Source: Vicugna vicugna (taxonomy: Eukaryota). Taken from it: 64,000 nt of DNA. The stretch lies in assembly GCA_013265495.1 (NCBI GenBank), contig MU058337.1, forward strand, positions 622,001-686,000, given 5' to 3'. A program made the position numbers and the translations under genes. Below the pieces are notes generated by a model. It was not told the DNA's origin, searched no databases, and was given only the letters and a program-made list of their open reading frames with translations. Within the stretch, counting starts at the first letter, position 1; each line of letters begins with the position of its first letter. Shown one piece after another: positions 38,525 through 51,939 of the stretch.

Positions 38525-38920
38525 TCAGCTATGAATGGCAGAGACTTGAAATGGCACCTTCAACAAGATAGAATCGTGTTGTATCTCTTCTGTCAAAATC
38601 CAGACTGTTAAGGCAACTCTGCTCCATGAAGCTGTAGGATGCTAGGCTCCTTCTGTTTCCTGCTCTGCCACCCAGATCCTCATGTTCCCCCACCCCCGCC
38701 CCCACTGTGCCAGCATTCCAGGTGCAGGAGGACAGGACAGGCACACCTCCTTCTGCAGGTGAGACCCAGGAACAGGCTACCGTGGCTCATACCTCATTAG
38801 ATTTCGGGCCACACTGAGCTCTGGAGGGGACTAGGGGGGAAGGTAGTCCCTACTCTGCCTGCTCCAGTGTCTAACTAAAATTCCTAATCACTGTGGATGG
38901 GGGAGACAACTTGTGGTCTG
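38525..38920 (-). mobile_element. MaLR LTR (MLT1J/K-like)
   Basis: ttcaacaagataga...ctaggctccttctgtttcctgctctgcca...gcattccagg...gctcatacctcattag...gccacactgagct. Confidence 0.6.
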
Positions 38921-39239
38921 AAATCAGAAAATGGTATTTTACACTTTTTAGGGTTTCGGAAGGATTCTAACCATGAAGTAGCTTAGTGAACATTTAGTAA
39001 AGAGCATATATGCTTTGGGTATTGTCACGACTTACATGAGAGCAGGTGGAAGACAGCTGTGGGTGGAGGAGCAGAGGAGACAGCCTCTGAAAACAGCAAA
39101 GTGACACTAGGTAGCACTATGGTTGTGGTTGGACAGCTTTCCCTGGATGAAGCAGGAGGCACGAGATAGGGGTGGATGCGTGAAAAGCAGACTGCAATTG
39201 CAGTTGGATGCGTAAATGAGCACAACCCCTCTGGTCGCC

Positions 39240-39700
39240 TGAATTGAGATAGCATATGTCCCTTAACCCACAGTTTGGGTATACTAGCCCACTTGAGAAA
39301 TTATATATATCCAAGGATATCCATTACATTACTTTTTTGTAATAAGGAAAGATAAGAAACAACCTAAATTTCTATCATCAGGAGACTGGTTAAATAAATT
39401 ATGACAATTTATATAATAAAATGCTAAGTAATTGCTATTAAAAATAACGAGGATGGCCTTTCTGATATATAGAGATTTCAAAAAAAATATTAAAACGAAA
39501 AAATAAAACCGAAAAACAAAATGTGGAACAGTATGGCATAGTGAAACTATTTGTATAAAAAAGGATGGAAATTTTAAAAATTTAATTGGCTTATTACATT
39601 GTATACACTGGAAACTAGGAAAATAGGTGGAAGGGATAAGAATGGAGAGGACTTTTCCCCAAATGTTTTATACTTTGAGACTTTGAATTTGCTATGCATA
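39240..39700 (+). mobile_element. Ancient L1ME 3' end
   Basis: agaaacaacctaaatttctatcatcaggagactggttaaataaattatg...gctattaaaaataacgag... Confidence 0.65.
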
Positions 39701-40859
39701 AGACAGTTTAAGGAAGAGGGGAGTTACTTGCTAAAAGAATATTGAAATAGTGTAAGTTATGAAGTGTTAGAGTCAAGAATAAAATGCAACCAAAGGAAAA
39801 CAGGTTTTTCAATTCAAACACTAGTTAAATTTGTAATAATATGTAGCTAATGATCCTTTTTTAATTTTATATTTGTGTGCAGATATTGTGAAAAAATTGA
39901 AATATCCTCCTTCCTCCTCAGTAGACATTTTGGTGAGAGTTTTCTTGATAAATAAAAGGCATTTAAAGTCAATAAAATGTTCAGTACAGAACAGAAGCAG
40001 TGATTTTTAAATTAAAAATATTTAACTAAAGCCTGAAAAATTAATATACTGAAAGTGGGAAAGTTACTCAAGGTGAAAAACATGACCAAATACTGGACAA
40101 TACAAATAAGCTTTCACTACATTAAGGCATAAAGTTCAGAACAAAATTACCCATCTTAATCTGTGAATGCAAGATTAAAAGTTACTATTTCTGACTAAAG
40201 TTCATTACAAGTCACTAATTCCAGCTCTTGGAAATTTTTTTTTTCATTTAAATGAGAACTTGCTAAATTAGCATCTTCACATAAAATATTCTTCACAAAT
40301 CCAGTGCTTTTAAGAATTATTTAGTAGTCTCAAATAAAACATACCAGAAGTCTTTTATAAATATTTGTCTTGAGGATAGTAATTCTCCTGTAGTGTTAAA
40401 TTCTGATAAATTAGGCATATTGGTTCTTTTATTTCCAATTTTAGTTTTCACAGCCTTGATACATGGCTTTAGACAAGTAACTTACGTTCTGTGTAATCAT
40501 CATTTAGACATTCTCTAAAACTCGCCAAAATTGTCTCAATATACTATTCTTTATTCCTTCTTTCTCCCTTAATACTGATCATTAACCAATGATGATCATA
40601 CTAGCTTCATACTAGCTTCTTGCCCATACAAATAAAGAAAATTAAAAAAAAAACTGTGGGGAAGGGAGCAGATTGCAGGAGAGGGGAGGGCTAAGGAAGA
40701 GGGAACATGTCTGCAGATGTGGAGAAGGCAGTGGAGGTGGGACACAGGCAGGCACAGTGCACGAAATGTGAACATCAGGCAATCAGAGAAGTCAGAGCCA
40801 TCCAAATACAAAGTGATGCCAAACATAGACACCAGGTCATTTAGGAATATTAAATGAAA

Positions 40860-41130
40860 GCCACTATTTATTGAGCATTTTTATATAACAGACATTATGG
40901 GTTATTTTATATATACATCACCTAACCTAAATACCCAGGCATTTCTATAATATATCATTAATTTTGGTGTTTTGGTTGTATATATGTATACACACACACA
41001 CACACGTACACACACACGCACATGCATACACACACGTGTAAAGACCTGGAGATGGGAAGTGCTTTGCCCACACGCTCTTACTAGTAAGTAGATAGTAGCG
41101 CTGATGTTTAAATTTAGTTTGTCTGACCCC
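40860..41130 (-). mobile_element. MIR interrupted by (CA)n tract (40989-41035)
   Basis: ttttattgagcatttttatataacagacattatgggt...gggaagtgctttgcccacacgctc...tttagtttgtctgacccccaagtc. Confidence 0.6.
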
Positions 41131-42591
41131 CAAGTCCTCTCTACCAACCTCTTTTGTCTGTCTTCCTTCTGGTTTCCATTTGTGTGAGGTTCTCAGTTGT
41201 AAAATGGAATTCAGGTTTTGACTTATCCGTTATCAAACGGATGCCCACTGTGATTAACGTCTGCAAGGTGTTAGAAGTTTTGAGATGTAGATTGTACGTA
41301 GCACAGCTTCTACCAGAGCCACTCTTTGTGCTTCCTACTCCTTTAAGCCTCACAGATTCAAAGATGGCTAATAAAGGTTCTTACTCAGAAGAATTATGGG
41401 TGAGCCGAAGTACCTCATATTTTCCACCATAAAACTGCATTAATTCATTCAGCCAGAATTTATTGAGCCAGGCATTGTGTTGAAAATTACACCTTATTTA
41501 TGCTTTTGATAAAGGTGTGCTTAATTGTACATGCTCCCTAAATACAACAATGTATCAGGAGGGCACTGAATAATAAACCAAGAGGACACGATGTACTAGA
41601 GAGAGAACTCAACCTGAAACTAGAAGAACTCTATTATTTGCTCATTCACTGGCTACCTGTGTTATCTTTCGTCTCCAAGAACCCCAGTTCTTTCATCTAT
41701 AAAGTGAGATGTATTAAAATCTCTCTATTTAAATTAAGATCTTATTCTGGGTTTTAAGTAAGCCCAAATAAATTAAATGAGACAGCAGTGTTAGTAGGAA
41801 GGAATAAGCAAAACTATTTAGGTACAGAATCATGAATCTGCCACTGAAGTGATACTTTAACTTGTTGAGAAAATATAGGAGAGGATAGTCACTGAGTGTT
41901 CCCTTGTGCCAAGGTGACCTCACCTGCTAGGTTTGTTTATTTTAACGGCTACGGTTACTACAACCCTAAGTTACGTTACAAAGTGTCCGAACCTTACACA
42001 TCCAGATTCATGGTAGCTCTCTCTTGCCAACTGTCTCTATATAATCATTTTTCTTTGACTTTCAGACATATGGTAGGTGCTTCTGTGTTTTTATTTCCCT
42101 TCATCTTAAAGGTAGTTATTATCGGTGCTATATCGCATGTGAGAAACCCGAGAAGGGTAAAGAGCTTCTTAAAGTTCAAGTTAAGCTGGGGAGCTGGGAT
42201 CCATAACCAAAACCAACTCCAAAATAATGTCAAAGAAGCAGAAAATTTGTGTAGGAGAGAAATAATTCTATGTTTATAAATAAGGTTTGATTATATAGCA
42301 TTTTATTTACTTATCTATTTTTACTGAAAAAGTTAGGGATATTTTGATGCAATTGAAATAGAGTCTGAGACTTGAGCAAGAAAATTGCAAAAATTATAAA
42401 ATGACTCCATCACAAACATGAATAAATTTTTAGTAATTTGGTGGCATGAAAGTACTTTGTTGGCGAGTCTGGGCCTCTGCTACATAAAGATTCTCCCACC
42501 TCAAACAAAGGAAACTAAAATGGATCAAAATTCTCAGGAATTCATTCTCATGCAAACCAATCATTGCTTTCACAATTAATTTGACTTTTCA

Positions 42592-42683
42592 ATGAGATGG
42601 ATGGATGATAGCTAGATAGCTAGATGGATAGATGAAAGGAAGAAAGGCAGGAAGGAAGGAAGGAAAGAAGAAAGGAAGGAAGA
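42592..42683. repeat. Compound (GATG)/(GATA)/(GGAA) tetranucleotide repeat
   Basis: gatggatggatgatagctagatagctagatggatagatgaaaggaagaaaggcaggaaggaaggaaggaaagaagaaaggaagga. Confidence 0.85.
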
Positions 42684-43039
42684 CTGGAAGCAAATGCAGT
42701 GTGCCTTTCTTTATCCAGTTGTCAAATTGAAAATGAAATAGAGAGAAGAGCAGGGAGCATGTGGAGGAAGTAGAAAGTGCAAGATAACTTGACAATCGAT
42801 TTTAAAAGGAGGATTGAGGCTGATAGTTTCAATTCCTGAGCTCAGAGGATTTGAAGCACTATCTCCAGAGTCTCCTAATCCTTTCTAGTTTCAACATCGG
42901 TTTGAAAAATCCTGTCCATGTTTTCAGCAAGTACTGCTCCCTGATGCTGGCTGTCGTATAGAATAAGTTCACCCACAGCAAAATGTCTTCCCCAAAGAAG
43001 ACACATGGTGGGATAAAGTGGTTTGTAACATCCCCACTG

Positions 43040-43180
43040 CTTCTGTGGTCAGATGTGTGTAATTTAACCATTCTCCTCTTCAGTTTCCTCATCTGTATGT
43101 AAACAAAGGTAATTTGTACTTAATGAGATCTTGCAAGTATCCATGAGGTAAATGTGCAACACAGCCAACCAGTACTTAGA
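43040..43180 (+). mobile_element. MIR fragment
   Basis: tttaaccattctcctcttcagtttcctcatctgta...atgaggtaaatgtgcaacacag. Confidence 0.6.
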
Positions 43181-44911
43181 AAAGACCATGACTCTTGAAT
43201 CTGAGAGTCACGTTTTAAGCCTTTTCCAATCTGAATTGTGTGTCTTATATTTGATGTGTCCATTTGTGATTTTTTTTTTCTAGGAAATGTATTGTATTAC
43301 CTTCATCAGGTCAAAGCCAGTGGCAATTAGAGCGGCAGTATGGCAGAAAGTCCTCAGTAAGCAATAATTACTTAGCCGATGATCTAAGGTACAACTAATT
43401 CTCCTTTTACCCCTATTACAGAGAAAAAGAAGAAAAATGACTTTTTAAAAGAACTTTGCTTCATAAAATAATAGTGATTTCCAGGCAACTCCCAGTGAAA
43501 AATCTTTCTTCTTCCCTTGTATTTATTCTAGATACATATGGTTCTTGTCTATATAAACTCAGAAATTTTATTAAAGCTGACTTAAGAACTGTAACTTTTT
43601 TTTAGTTATTTAGGCACATAGTAAACGGGTAGGTTTCTAGACATTCACCTATATTCAGTAGCCATTGTTAGTTTCACATAGCTACAAATACCTGTTAAAT
43701 TAAAAGGTTATTTTCAAGTATCTTAGATGCATAGCTTTTTGTCAAGGTTTGTGAGAAAAATTTTAGCTGTAACAGACAGTCTGGCTTTAGACTTACCACA
43801 TTTTTATGTGATTTTGTTTGAGACCCAAGAAGAAACTATTAAGAATCGCATAGTCTGGTTTTCTTTAACAGCAAATACAACAATTTAACCCGTAAGTAGC
43901 CAGGATTAACGTAATTTCTTGATTACTTTAAACTGGGCCAGATTTACACAATACAAAACCAAGTTACATTCGATTTCTCAAGAAAATTGAGATTGTTTTT
44001 AAATGAAAAATAAAGTTTATGTTTGGTCGCATTATATATTTGTATCAAATATCCACTATATCACTTTCCCAAATTCATTGTTTTACACAAAGCTAATGTT
44101 CAAAAAATTATTACATTTTATATGTAATAAATTCTGGTGTCAAAGGGAAGTAGCAGAAAATTGGCATTGACTGTAACCCTTTCTCGCTGGAGTCCAACCT
44201 GGAGAGGGATAAATTAAGCTTTGTATGTTATTTTTGAACTTCCCATAGTTCAAAATTATCTGGTGAATTATTTTAAATAATGTGAATTATCTATAAATCT
44301 CAATGAATCTCCCCTCTTTTTTATGCAAGTTTGCTCAGTTGTCCTTAAGATTTTATTTTGCTTCATTTATTTACAAGCTTGAGGAACAGTTGTTGTCCAT
44401 GTATAATGTGCTAAAAACCATGCCTGTAAGTGAAGATAAAAAAGATAAATATGATGTAGCCCTGTCTTCAGTTTACCCACAAAATAAAGGAGGGGTTTAA
44501 GTTTTTTTAAGAAACATACATTTTTACCAAATCTTGCCCAGACTTTCTTTGCCTATGTTTGTTTTAGTCATATATCATTTTTTTGCATCTGTGAAATACA
44601 TCACACACCATCCAACAAAGCATACCATTCATATGAAATATGTGAGAATAAATAAATAGATTTAATAGATTATAAATAGATTTCAGATACTTGCCTTTCC
44701 CAATATTCCATTGTTAATTTGTTGCTATGTTTTTTGACTTTGAAAAATTTGTGTTAATAAGAAAAACGGAACTCTGATTCATGTGAGACAGAAGATGAGC
44801 TCTTCATTTTACTCCGGTTTTGATCTCAGATGCAAAGTGCATGTGGGTCCCACTCTTATGATATGATGCAGTCTGTATAGAAAACCAGGTGGGAAATCCA
44901 TCCTTGGTTAC

Positions 44912-45344
44912 TTTATTGGTCTCGCAGGGCAGCCATGGCAAAATACCGCCAATGGGGTGGCTTACACAGCGGAAACTGTCTCACATTCTGGAGCCTAGTA
45001 GTCCGAGATCAAGGCTGGTTCCTTCTGAGGCTCTGAGGGAGAATTTGCTCCAGGCCGCTCCCGAACTTCTTCTAGTGGCAATTTTCGGCACTCCTTGGCC
45101 TCTGTATCACCCCAGTCTCTGCCTTCATCTTCCCCTGGTGTTTCCTTCATGTGTGTGTGTCTCTAAATTTCTCCTTTTGGTAAGGGCACCAGAGATATTG
45201 GACTAGGGGTTCACTCTAATGATCTCATCTTAACTTGACTAATTGCATTTGCAATGATCCTGTTTCCGTGCAAGGGACATTCAGAGGTACTCAGCATAGG
45301 ACTTCAGCATGTGAATTTTGGACAACACAGGTCAATCCACAACA
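44912..45344 (-). mobile_element. MaLR solo LTR (MLT1C-like), near full length
   Basis: tttattggtctcgcagggcagcc...ggtggcttacaca...tctcacattctggagcctag...gttccttctgaggctctgagggagaat...aagggcaccag...atcttaacttgactaattgcatttgcaatgatcctgtttcc...caatccacaaca; degenerate 5-bp TSD gttac/gataa. Confidence 0.9.
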
Positions 45345-46084
45345 GATAATGAATTCTTGGCTCAGGTTTATGTAAAACTAAATAGATTTTCCAAATATCT
45401 GCAAGAATGCATGGATGACCCATATTCTTACCATCGTCTTGTTTGTGTACCTTCTTCATGACTGTTGGAAATTTACCAGGAGTGTTTATAACCCAAATAA
45501 CTGAATTTCCTTCTCATCGTTTCTTCTTCCTCTTGACTGCAGCGTTTGGTCCGTGGCCGGAGACACCTTCCGAGTAGCATCAGTCACCCACCCTCCCATC
45601 TTCCTTCAGAGTGTCCGCTCTGATCACGTTTGGCAGACTAGTCCAGAAGATGTTTCACCCGTGACCACTCCACTCTACTCTGAGGCTGTACCATTATTCA
45701 CTGTGTAGTTTTTTATTTTCTAAACTTTAAGATGAGCACTCTCAACACAAACAGTTGCTCTGCTCTGCTTAATCGAAATATCTTGAATTTGGAACGCTTT
45801 CTTTAGTTCAAATCACTCACTAATTCCCCAGGAGACAATGCAAAAACCACTTTAGCTTTTCAGAACAAACACACTTAAAAGCTATCATTTGGAATGTCCT
45901 ACATTGAATTCTCCTTGGGGAAGTCAAGTCCTGGAAACTTTCAGATGCTGTTGAACCTGTGAACTGCATATTAAAAATATGATGTTCCCTAATTTACATC
46001 CTTTCGCTCTTGGCAAAGTACTGAATCTCTTTTTCTTGAATTATGAGCATTCTCATTTGAAACTTTGATTGCATTAACCCTTAA

Positions 46085-46300
46085 AGCATAATAGAGTGGG
46101 CCAAGCATGGACTTAGGAACACAACAGAACTGAATTTGAATCTCAGTTTAGTTTTTCCTTTGTTTCTCACCTGTGAAACAATCCCTAGAACTCCCGTACA
46201 CTCACATTCTTCATCTGTAAACTCGGGACACTAAGGCTTATGTTTAAGACTTGCTACGCTAACTCGGCTGACATATCAGCAAAAGGCAATCAATAATGTG
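46085..46300 (+). mobile_element. MIR SINE
   Basis: agcatggacttaggaacacaacagaactgaatttgaatctcag...ctcacattcttcatctgtaaa. Confidence 0.55.
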
Positions 46301-48543
46301 TTTAATTCCTTTCTTAAACTTTGCATAGTTTTTACTTACTTTTACCTACTCAAATGCTAAAATTAAATAAGTGCTTCCAAAAAGGTGCAAGTCAAGATTT
46401 AGTTATGTCTTTGGGGAGTTATATTGTTTGATTACTAAAATGATGGAATATGTACAGTTCTTTATGAGATGTGACCTTTGATAGTGTCTTCAATTTGCAA
46501 AAGGAAATGGAAGGAAATCAATAAAACCAACTTAAGAGACAGGCATGGAATGTTTGCAGAATTGCCATAACTCATTCACTTACACATATCAAGAATCTGA
46601 AGACTTCTTCTCAAAGAAAAAATATTTTTCTTTCCACCACTATTGCATTCCCTGTTTTGCATGGAGAATTCAAAAATCCTAAAAAATAAATTTATTTTTG
46701 AAATTATCTGTCATGACTCTGATGTCAGATTTTTTAACATTAAATCTTTCAATATTATTATTTTTAGAGTTTCAGTTTAAGCTCAAATGGCCATCCCTTC
46801 AATTTCCATTTTGGCAGAACTCCACAGGACCAAGGATTTTTCCTTTTAATTGTCAACCTAGCATCAATGTAGTTTTAATTTCATTTATTAGAAAGCTGTG
46901 GCAAAAATTCAATTCCAGTGTGATTCTTCATTTACTTGGGTCCTAAATCAAAGAGTGGTCAAAGATTATGGATTATATCAGTTATAAAAAATTGTCATCA
47001 TAAAAAGCCTACAGTAGGACTGATTTAAGACAGAGGAGGGAAGAGGAAGGAGGGAGGTGAGATGAGAGCTGGAGGGGGAGTGTAGACCAAGGGTGGAGAC
47101 TGAGGGGAGGGTGACTGACACAGCACTGTCTGGGGTGAGGAGGGAGCTGAATATCCGCCTCTGGGGAACCCGTGCAGAAGTCCAGCACTGCTGTGACCTT
47201 GGCAGGATGACTTCTCTCTGGACGTTTTCAAGGGGATCACAGAGAGTGCTCCCGGGGAAGCAAGCTGTCTTATGCAACCTTCCTGCCCAGTCCAGCGACA
47301 ACAGAATTCTAGGCTTTTCAGGCTGAGTCATCTTGTTCTGTGTCATTTGGTCCTTCTACACCATTTAAAATGTACCTTCCTGCTTCTCCTCATTACTGTC
47401 ATCCTCACTCATGACCTCCACTTGGAGATTCTTGTCTGCCTCACTTTTTGGCATTTTCACTAGGTGATGCAGTTACGTCAGCAGACCCAGGAGCCACGTT
47501 CTGCCTACCTCTGCCTCTGACCTCTGAATCCTCCAGGCAGATTCCTCATTTGGGTTGACATTTCTAACCCGTTTCTCAGGCAGCAGGTCCCAGACTTTGG
47601 AGCTAGGGTCACTTGGACAGGGCATATAGAATGACAGAAATGCTGCCTTTGCGTTTTTCCCTGGAAGATTTTTCTTATGAAGGAAAAAAAGAGGTTTTGT
47701 TTCATCTTAGTTGAATAGCTGCCTGAGAATTGTCATGCTTCATCACTGTTTTTCCTTTAAACCCTAAAAACAATTGACTAGAGCTTTGCCATGCGTATCT
47801 AAGGTATTTCATACCGTTCAAAACATAGTTAAATATTTCCCTATCTCTGGTATTTCTGTAAAATTTACCATTCATCTAAGTTAACAGAAATGGCATGCAA
47901 TTTAAATTTACTAGTGTAAAGCTGGTCAGTACACGGGGTAAAAATCCTACGTTTTGCCTGTGGAAGCCTTTCAGCCTCTCGGCGGTATCGGGTGAGGTGT
48001 GTGGTTGTGGAGCAAGACACCTTGTCTGGTGCCAGCGCATCCTAGCCTGGCAACCTCACGGAGGGAATGGTAAATGGACTTCTGCAAGCTTCAGTGTTCA
48101 CAGCCATAAGATGCAGTTATTATAACAGCGTCCATGTCATCAAATTTTAATCAAAATGATATGAGAATGTGGTGAAGATGTTCAGCACTGCACCTGCAAT
48201 TCAGAAAGAATCCAAGATTGCCAGCCGTTGTTACTAGCGTTGTTGGCAGTAGTTGTGTCTAGGATTGTCGTGTTAGTGTCGTTTATCTCAAAACTGGTAA
48301 AATGCTGCACCAGAGATCTTTAGACGAACATGGTTATTTTAAAAAATATTTCTTGCTTAAGTTTTGGTCTGGGGATTTCAGGTGCACTTCTCAGTATTGT
48401 CCATAGACCCCCTGCAATGATGGGACCGTCCTAGGTCTACAGACCCATGTGCCCCACTCTTGGGTCCTTGATGGAGTTGGTGCAACTAACAATCTGACTT
48501 TCTAACTATATTTAATTTTAAACAGTTTTAACTTTAATAGCCT

Positions 48544-48744
48544 TAGGGTGGCCAGACTTAGCAAATAAAAAGAAAGAGCATCAAGTTCAATTGTAACGTC
48601 AGTCAAACAACAAATGCATTTTTAGTGTATGTATGTCTCAAATGTTGCATGGGTTATACTTATCCTAAATGTTTTATCTGCAAATATAAAATATCTATAT
48701 GTCACTGTGTTTATGGTAGTGGATGATCTGTCTCTAGGCAACTC
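48544..48744 (+). mobile_element. MER53 hAT MITE
   Basis: tagggtggccagacttagcaaataaaaa...aaacaacaaatgcatttttagtgtatgtatgtctcaaatgttgcatgggttatacttatcctaaatgttttatctg...ggcaact, matching the remembered MER53 palindromic consensus. Confidence 0.8.
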
Positions 48745-49249
48745 ATTTTCTTAAGTAGAAAAAATTACCGTAGGCATTCAACAAGAACATATAAGACATA
48801 TCATAAATTAATTCCCCACCTCATTTGGTGACCTGTTATCTAAAATCAAAATACATAGTTTCTGGGTGATGTCATGGGAAGATTCATACACTTTAAGTAA
48901 TGTTAAATTGAACCTTATCTTTATAATTTATTATAAAAGAGAAACCAGATAAATGAAAGTATGATTAACTTAGGAAATTACATGCCTTTTTGGAGTCAAG
49001 TAGAATAATGCCTGGGTTTTAAATAATATATAGAAAATGTGGAACATAAGAGTGATAGGAAAAGCTGGCTATGGGGTAGAGACTGAGTGAGCAAGTTTAT
49101 GTATTTAAATAAAGTAATATTAATTCCTTAAGTATCCACTTACCTAAGTCCCAAGCATACGGAATTTGAAATACCAAGAAACCAAGAAACTCATGCTTTC
49201 AACAGGGATGGTAGTAGTGACTTGAAATAAAAGAGGGGAGGGTGCAAGC

Positions 49250-50530
49250 GGTGTGTTCACAGAGGCAAGGGACAGACCTGGGTCGGTGTGGTCCCCTCAC
49301 CCAGGTGTCCAGGAGACCCCACGGGACACTTTCGGCTGGGAGCCGGGGACTGCAGAAGAATGACAAGTGGGCCCCCAGAGGAGAGAGGCTGCGGTGTAGG
49401 AGGGGAGCCAAGGCTGGAGTGGGCAGCAGGGAGCCTTCGAGAGGCCGTGCCTGTGTCCCCAGCGGGGAGAGGTGGCCCCAGCCACACTCAGGCCTCTCCA
49501 GGAACCAGCGTTCACACTCCACCAGCTGCCGGAGGACCGGCTGCAGCCCCGTGGGGCAAAAGGCTGACCTCCGCCCCGCAGGCTTCTCGCCTAAACCTTG
49601 CGGGACGGGGAGACCTGGCGCCGAGCTCATTCTGGCCAGAACGCCTCTCCCTATGGGTTCCAGTGGCAGTATTTTGCAACATACAATGACTGTAAGCCTG
49701 TCTCTTGCCTCTGCACACGCAGAAGTGCACAGAGACTCTGCCAGGGGTTCCGCCAGCAGAGAGGAACGATTTCCTTGCCGAGTATGTTTTCGAGGGACAG
49801 CGGAGAGTCGACACGAAACCGTGCTTCCCCACGTCACTGGGTATGTTGCTGCGCCTTACTGTTTGCACACGGTGCTGGTTTAAAAACATTTGAGCAGAGA
49901 ATAATCTTTGTTACCAAAATTAAACCGAAACATGGTTAATTTAAACTTACAACTCAGAAAATAAAAGCTGGACTGTCGGAGAGGCCTGGGGCCACGCACG
50001 CAGCAGTGATGAGCGGGCAAGCACGCTGGGCTGGGCTGCGACGGGTCGCGGGCAGGGGGCCCCGCCTGTCTCGTCCGCGCGGGCGTGGGGCTCGCTCGTC
50101 GAGGAGGCGGCTGCGCCGGCCCTCCCAGAGCTTAGGTCCGACGCGAGTGGCAAGCAGTAAATAAATCAGTGCATCTTTACTTAAGTGATAACATATTTTA
50201 AAAAAACAGAACTGTTGAAAAAGAAAATCACGGAGCCCCCAGGGTGCAGGAGAGCCCAGCCTGGTTCTGGGAGGTCCTGGGCCTCCAAGGGCTGCAGGAT
50301 TCAAGCTGCGCTCTGAGGGCACAGGCAGAGGCCGCCAGGCGTGCGTGCGTGCGTGTGGTGAGGAGGCCAGAGAGGAAGAGCTGGAAGAAGGGCAGCAGAA
50401 GTGCAGGGCCGGGGCCCCTGCGAGGCCAGGAGACAGGTGGGAGATCTCAACCTGGAGGCGACGTCAGAGTCGCCCTCGCTGGCTGTGCTCCGTGGTCCCC
50501 CCACCGGCCCCAGACATTCGTTCCTCCAAC
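49250..50530. promoter_or_regulatory. CpG-island-like region (core 49971-50150)
   Basis: About 24 CpGs counted by eye in the 180-bp core, within ~1.3 kb of GC-rich DNA in an AT-rich background; GC box-like ccccgcc and gggcgtgggg. Confidence 0.65.
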
Positions 50531-51444
50531 AAACCGTGTTGAGCAATTATTGTATACTAAGCCCTAGGCGCACCTAAGAGGGGATTAATAAAGAGAAGCA
50601 TGCCTGGGAGCCTAGCAGAGGACTGTTTGTAGTTAAAGACGTCTACATCTTCCTACGAAGACTTAAGAACACACAGTCTGGCAGAGTCATGTTTTTCTGC
50701 TGTAAATTTATTTATGTGAAAAGACCAACAAACTTGTGAAAAATTAAATATTAAATTCTTGATCTAATAAATTGACATTTTTGAAATTTTTTAAAACTGT
50801 AGGAAATAGACTATCCCACAATATATGACGTGTACAGTCCCAGGGATAAAAGTCAGATAAATGGAATGTGAGTAAAACCCATAGCTCACAACCTTCCTTA
50901 AGCTGCCTTAAGTTTAAGAAAAGGGAACAAATATGCATCAAACACCAGTTATTTACCAAATACTTTGTTACTTGCCTTATGAGGTGCAACAGATGAAGCC
51001 GATGTTCACCGAGGTTAGTGACCTTTGCTGGAAGTCACTGAGATTTGGCTTTGCCCCAGGACAGCGTAGAGCAGTGCCCAGTTAGTGAACCTCTCTACTT
51101 ACTGTTCAGGAACTGTGGGAACATTTATATAAATTGTATATAATTTTATTTATATAAATGTGGCTGCATCATTCTAGAAACTTCCGTGCAGTTGAAACCT
51201 TGAGATTTCCCACCCACATCTCTTCCGTCTCCCCTGCACTGACCACTCCTTCTGTCCTTCCCAGCATCTGAATGCCAAGCGTGCAATGAATCCCTCACAC
51301 GAAGAATGTCCTGTCATGATCAGGTTCCTTAGAAGGAAAGAGAAATTCAGTGCAAGCGGAACCATAAACCCTGTGGCTCTGCGAATGCCTCAGAGAAAGT
51401 CACCGGTTTCCAAACCAGTCTAGCTAGGATTATTTTTCATTTTG

Positions 51445-51481
51445 ACACACACACACATACACACACACACACACACACACA
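51445..51481. repeat. (AC)n microsatellite with one interruption
   Basis: Direct reading. Confidence 0.9.
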
Positions 51482-51939
51482 ATGGACTTTGTGTAATTGT
51501 TTGTGGCCTGGTTACTAAGGAATTCAGAAATTCATGATTCCACTGAAAAAAAAATACGCCATTGCTGCATACATATATTTTTCACAATTTACCTTGGGAG
51601 AAGCACGCATAAAAGGTTACAGCATAAGAAGAGAAGCTGTCGCTCCAGATCCACCTGTGTAAAGTGGTCCAGAAAATTCAGTTCAAACGTCATTAGGGCG
51701 TCGGCATCAGCGGTGTCTGCTGTTCGGTTCTCCTTGCTTGTTTTTCCTCCTCTCATCTCACATTTCACATTTTAATTCTTCACCGTGTAATCAGTCAGAG
51801 GCCGTGGATATGTTGATGGAACAATGGGACTGAAAGCAGTAGCTGACTGACACGACTAAAAAGCCTTCTGAGTCATATTTTGATCATATTTTTATATTGT
51901 TTTATGCATTTCTTATCTGACAGTTTAATATTATATCTT

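Noticed and set aside
49199..49939. Longest ORFs in the track (212 aa on -, 213 aa on +, plus overlapping frames)
   Set aside because: Open in many frames on both strands because of high GC; Pro/Arg/Gly/Ser-rich, no recognisable domain or clear exon boundaries.
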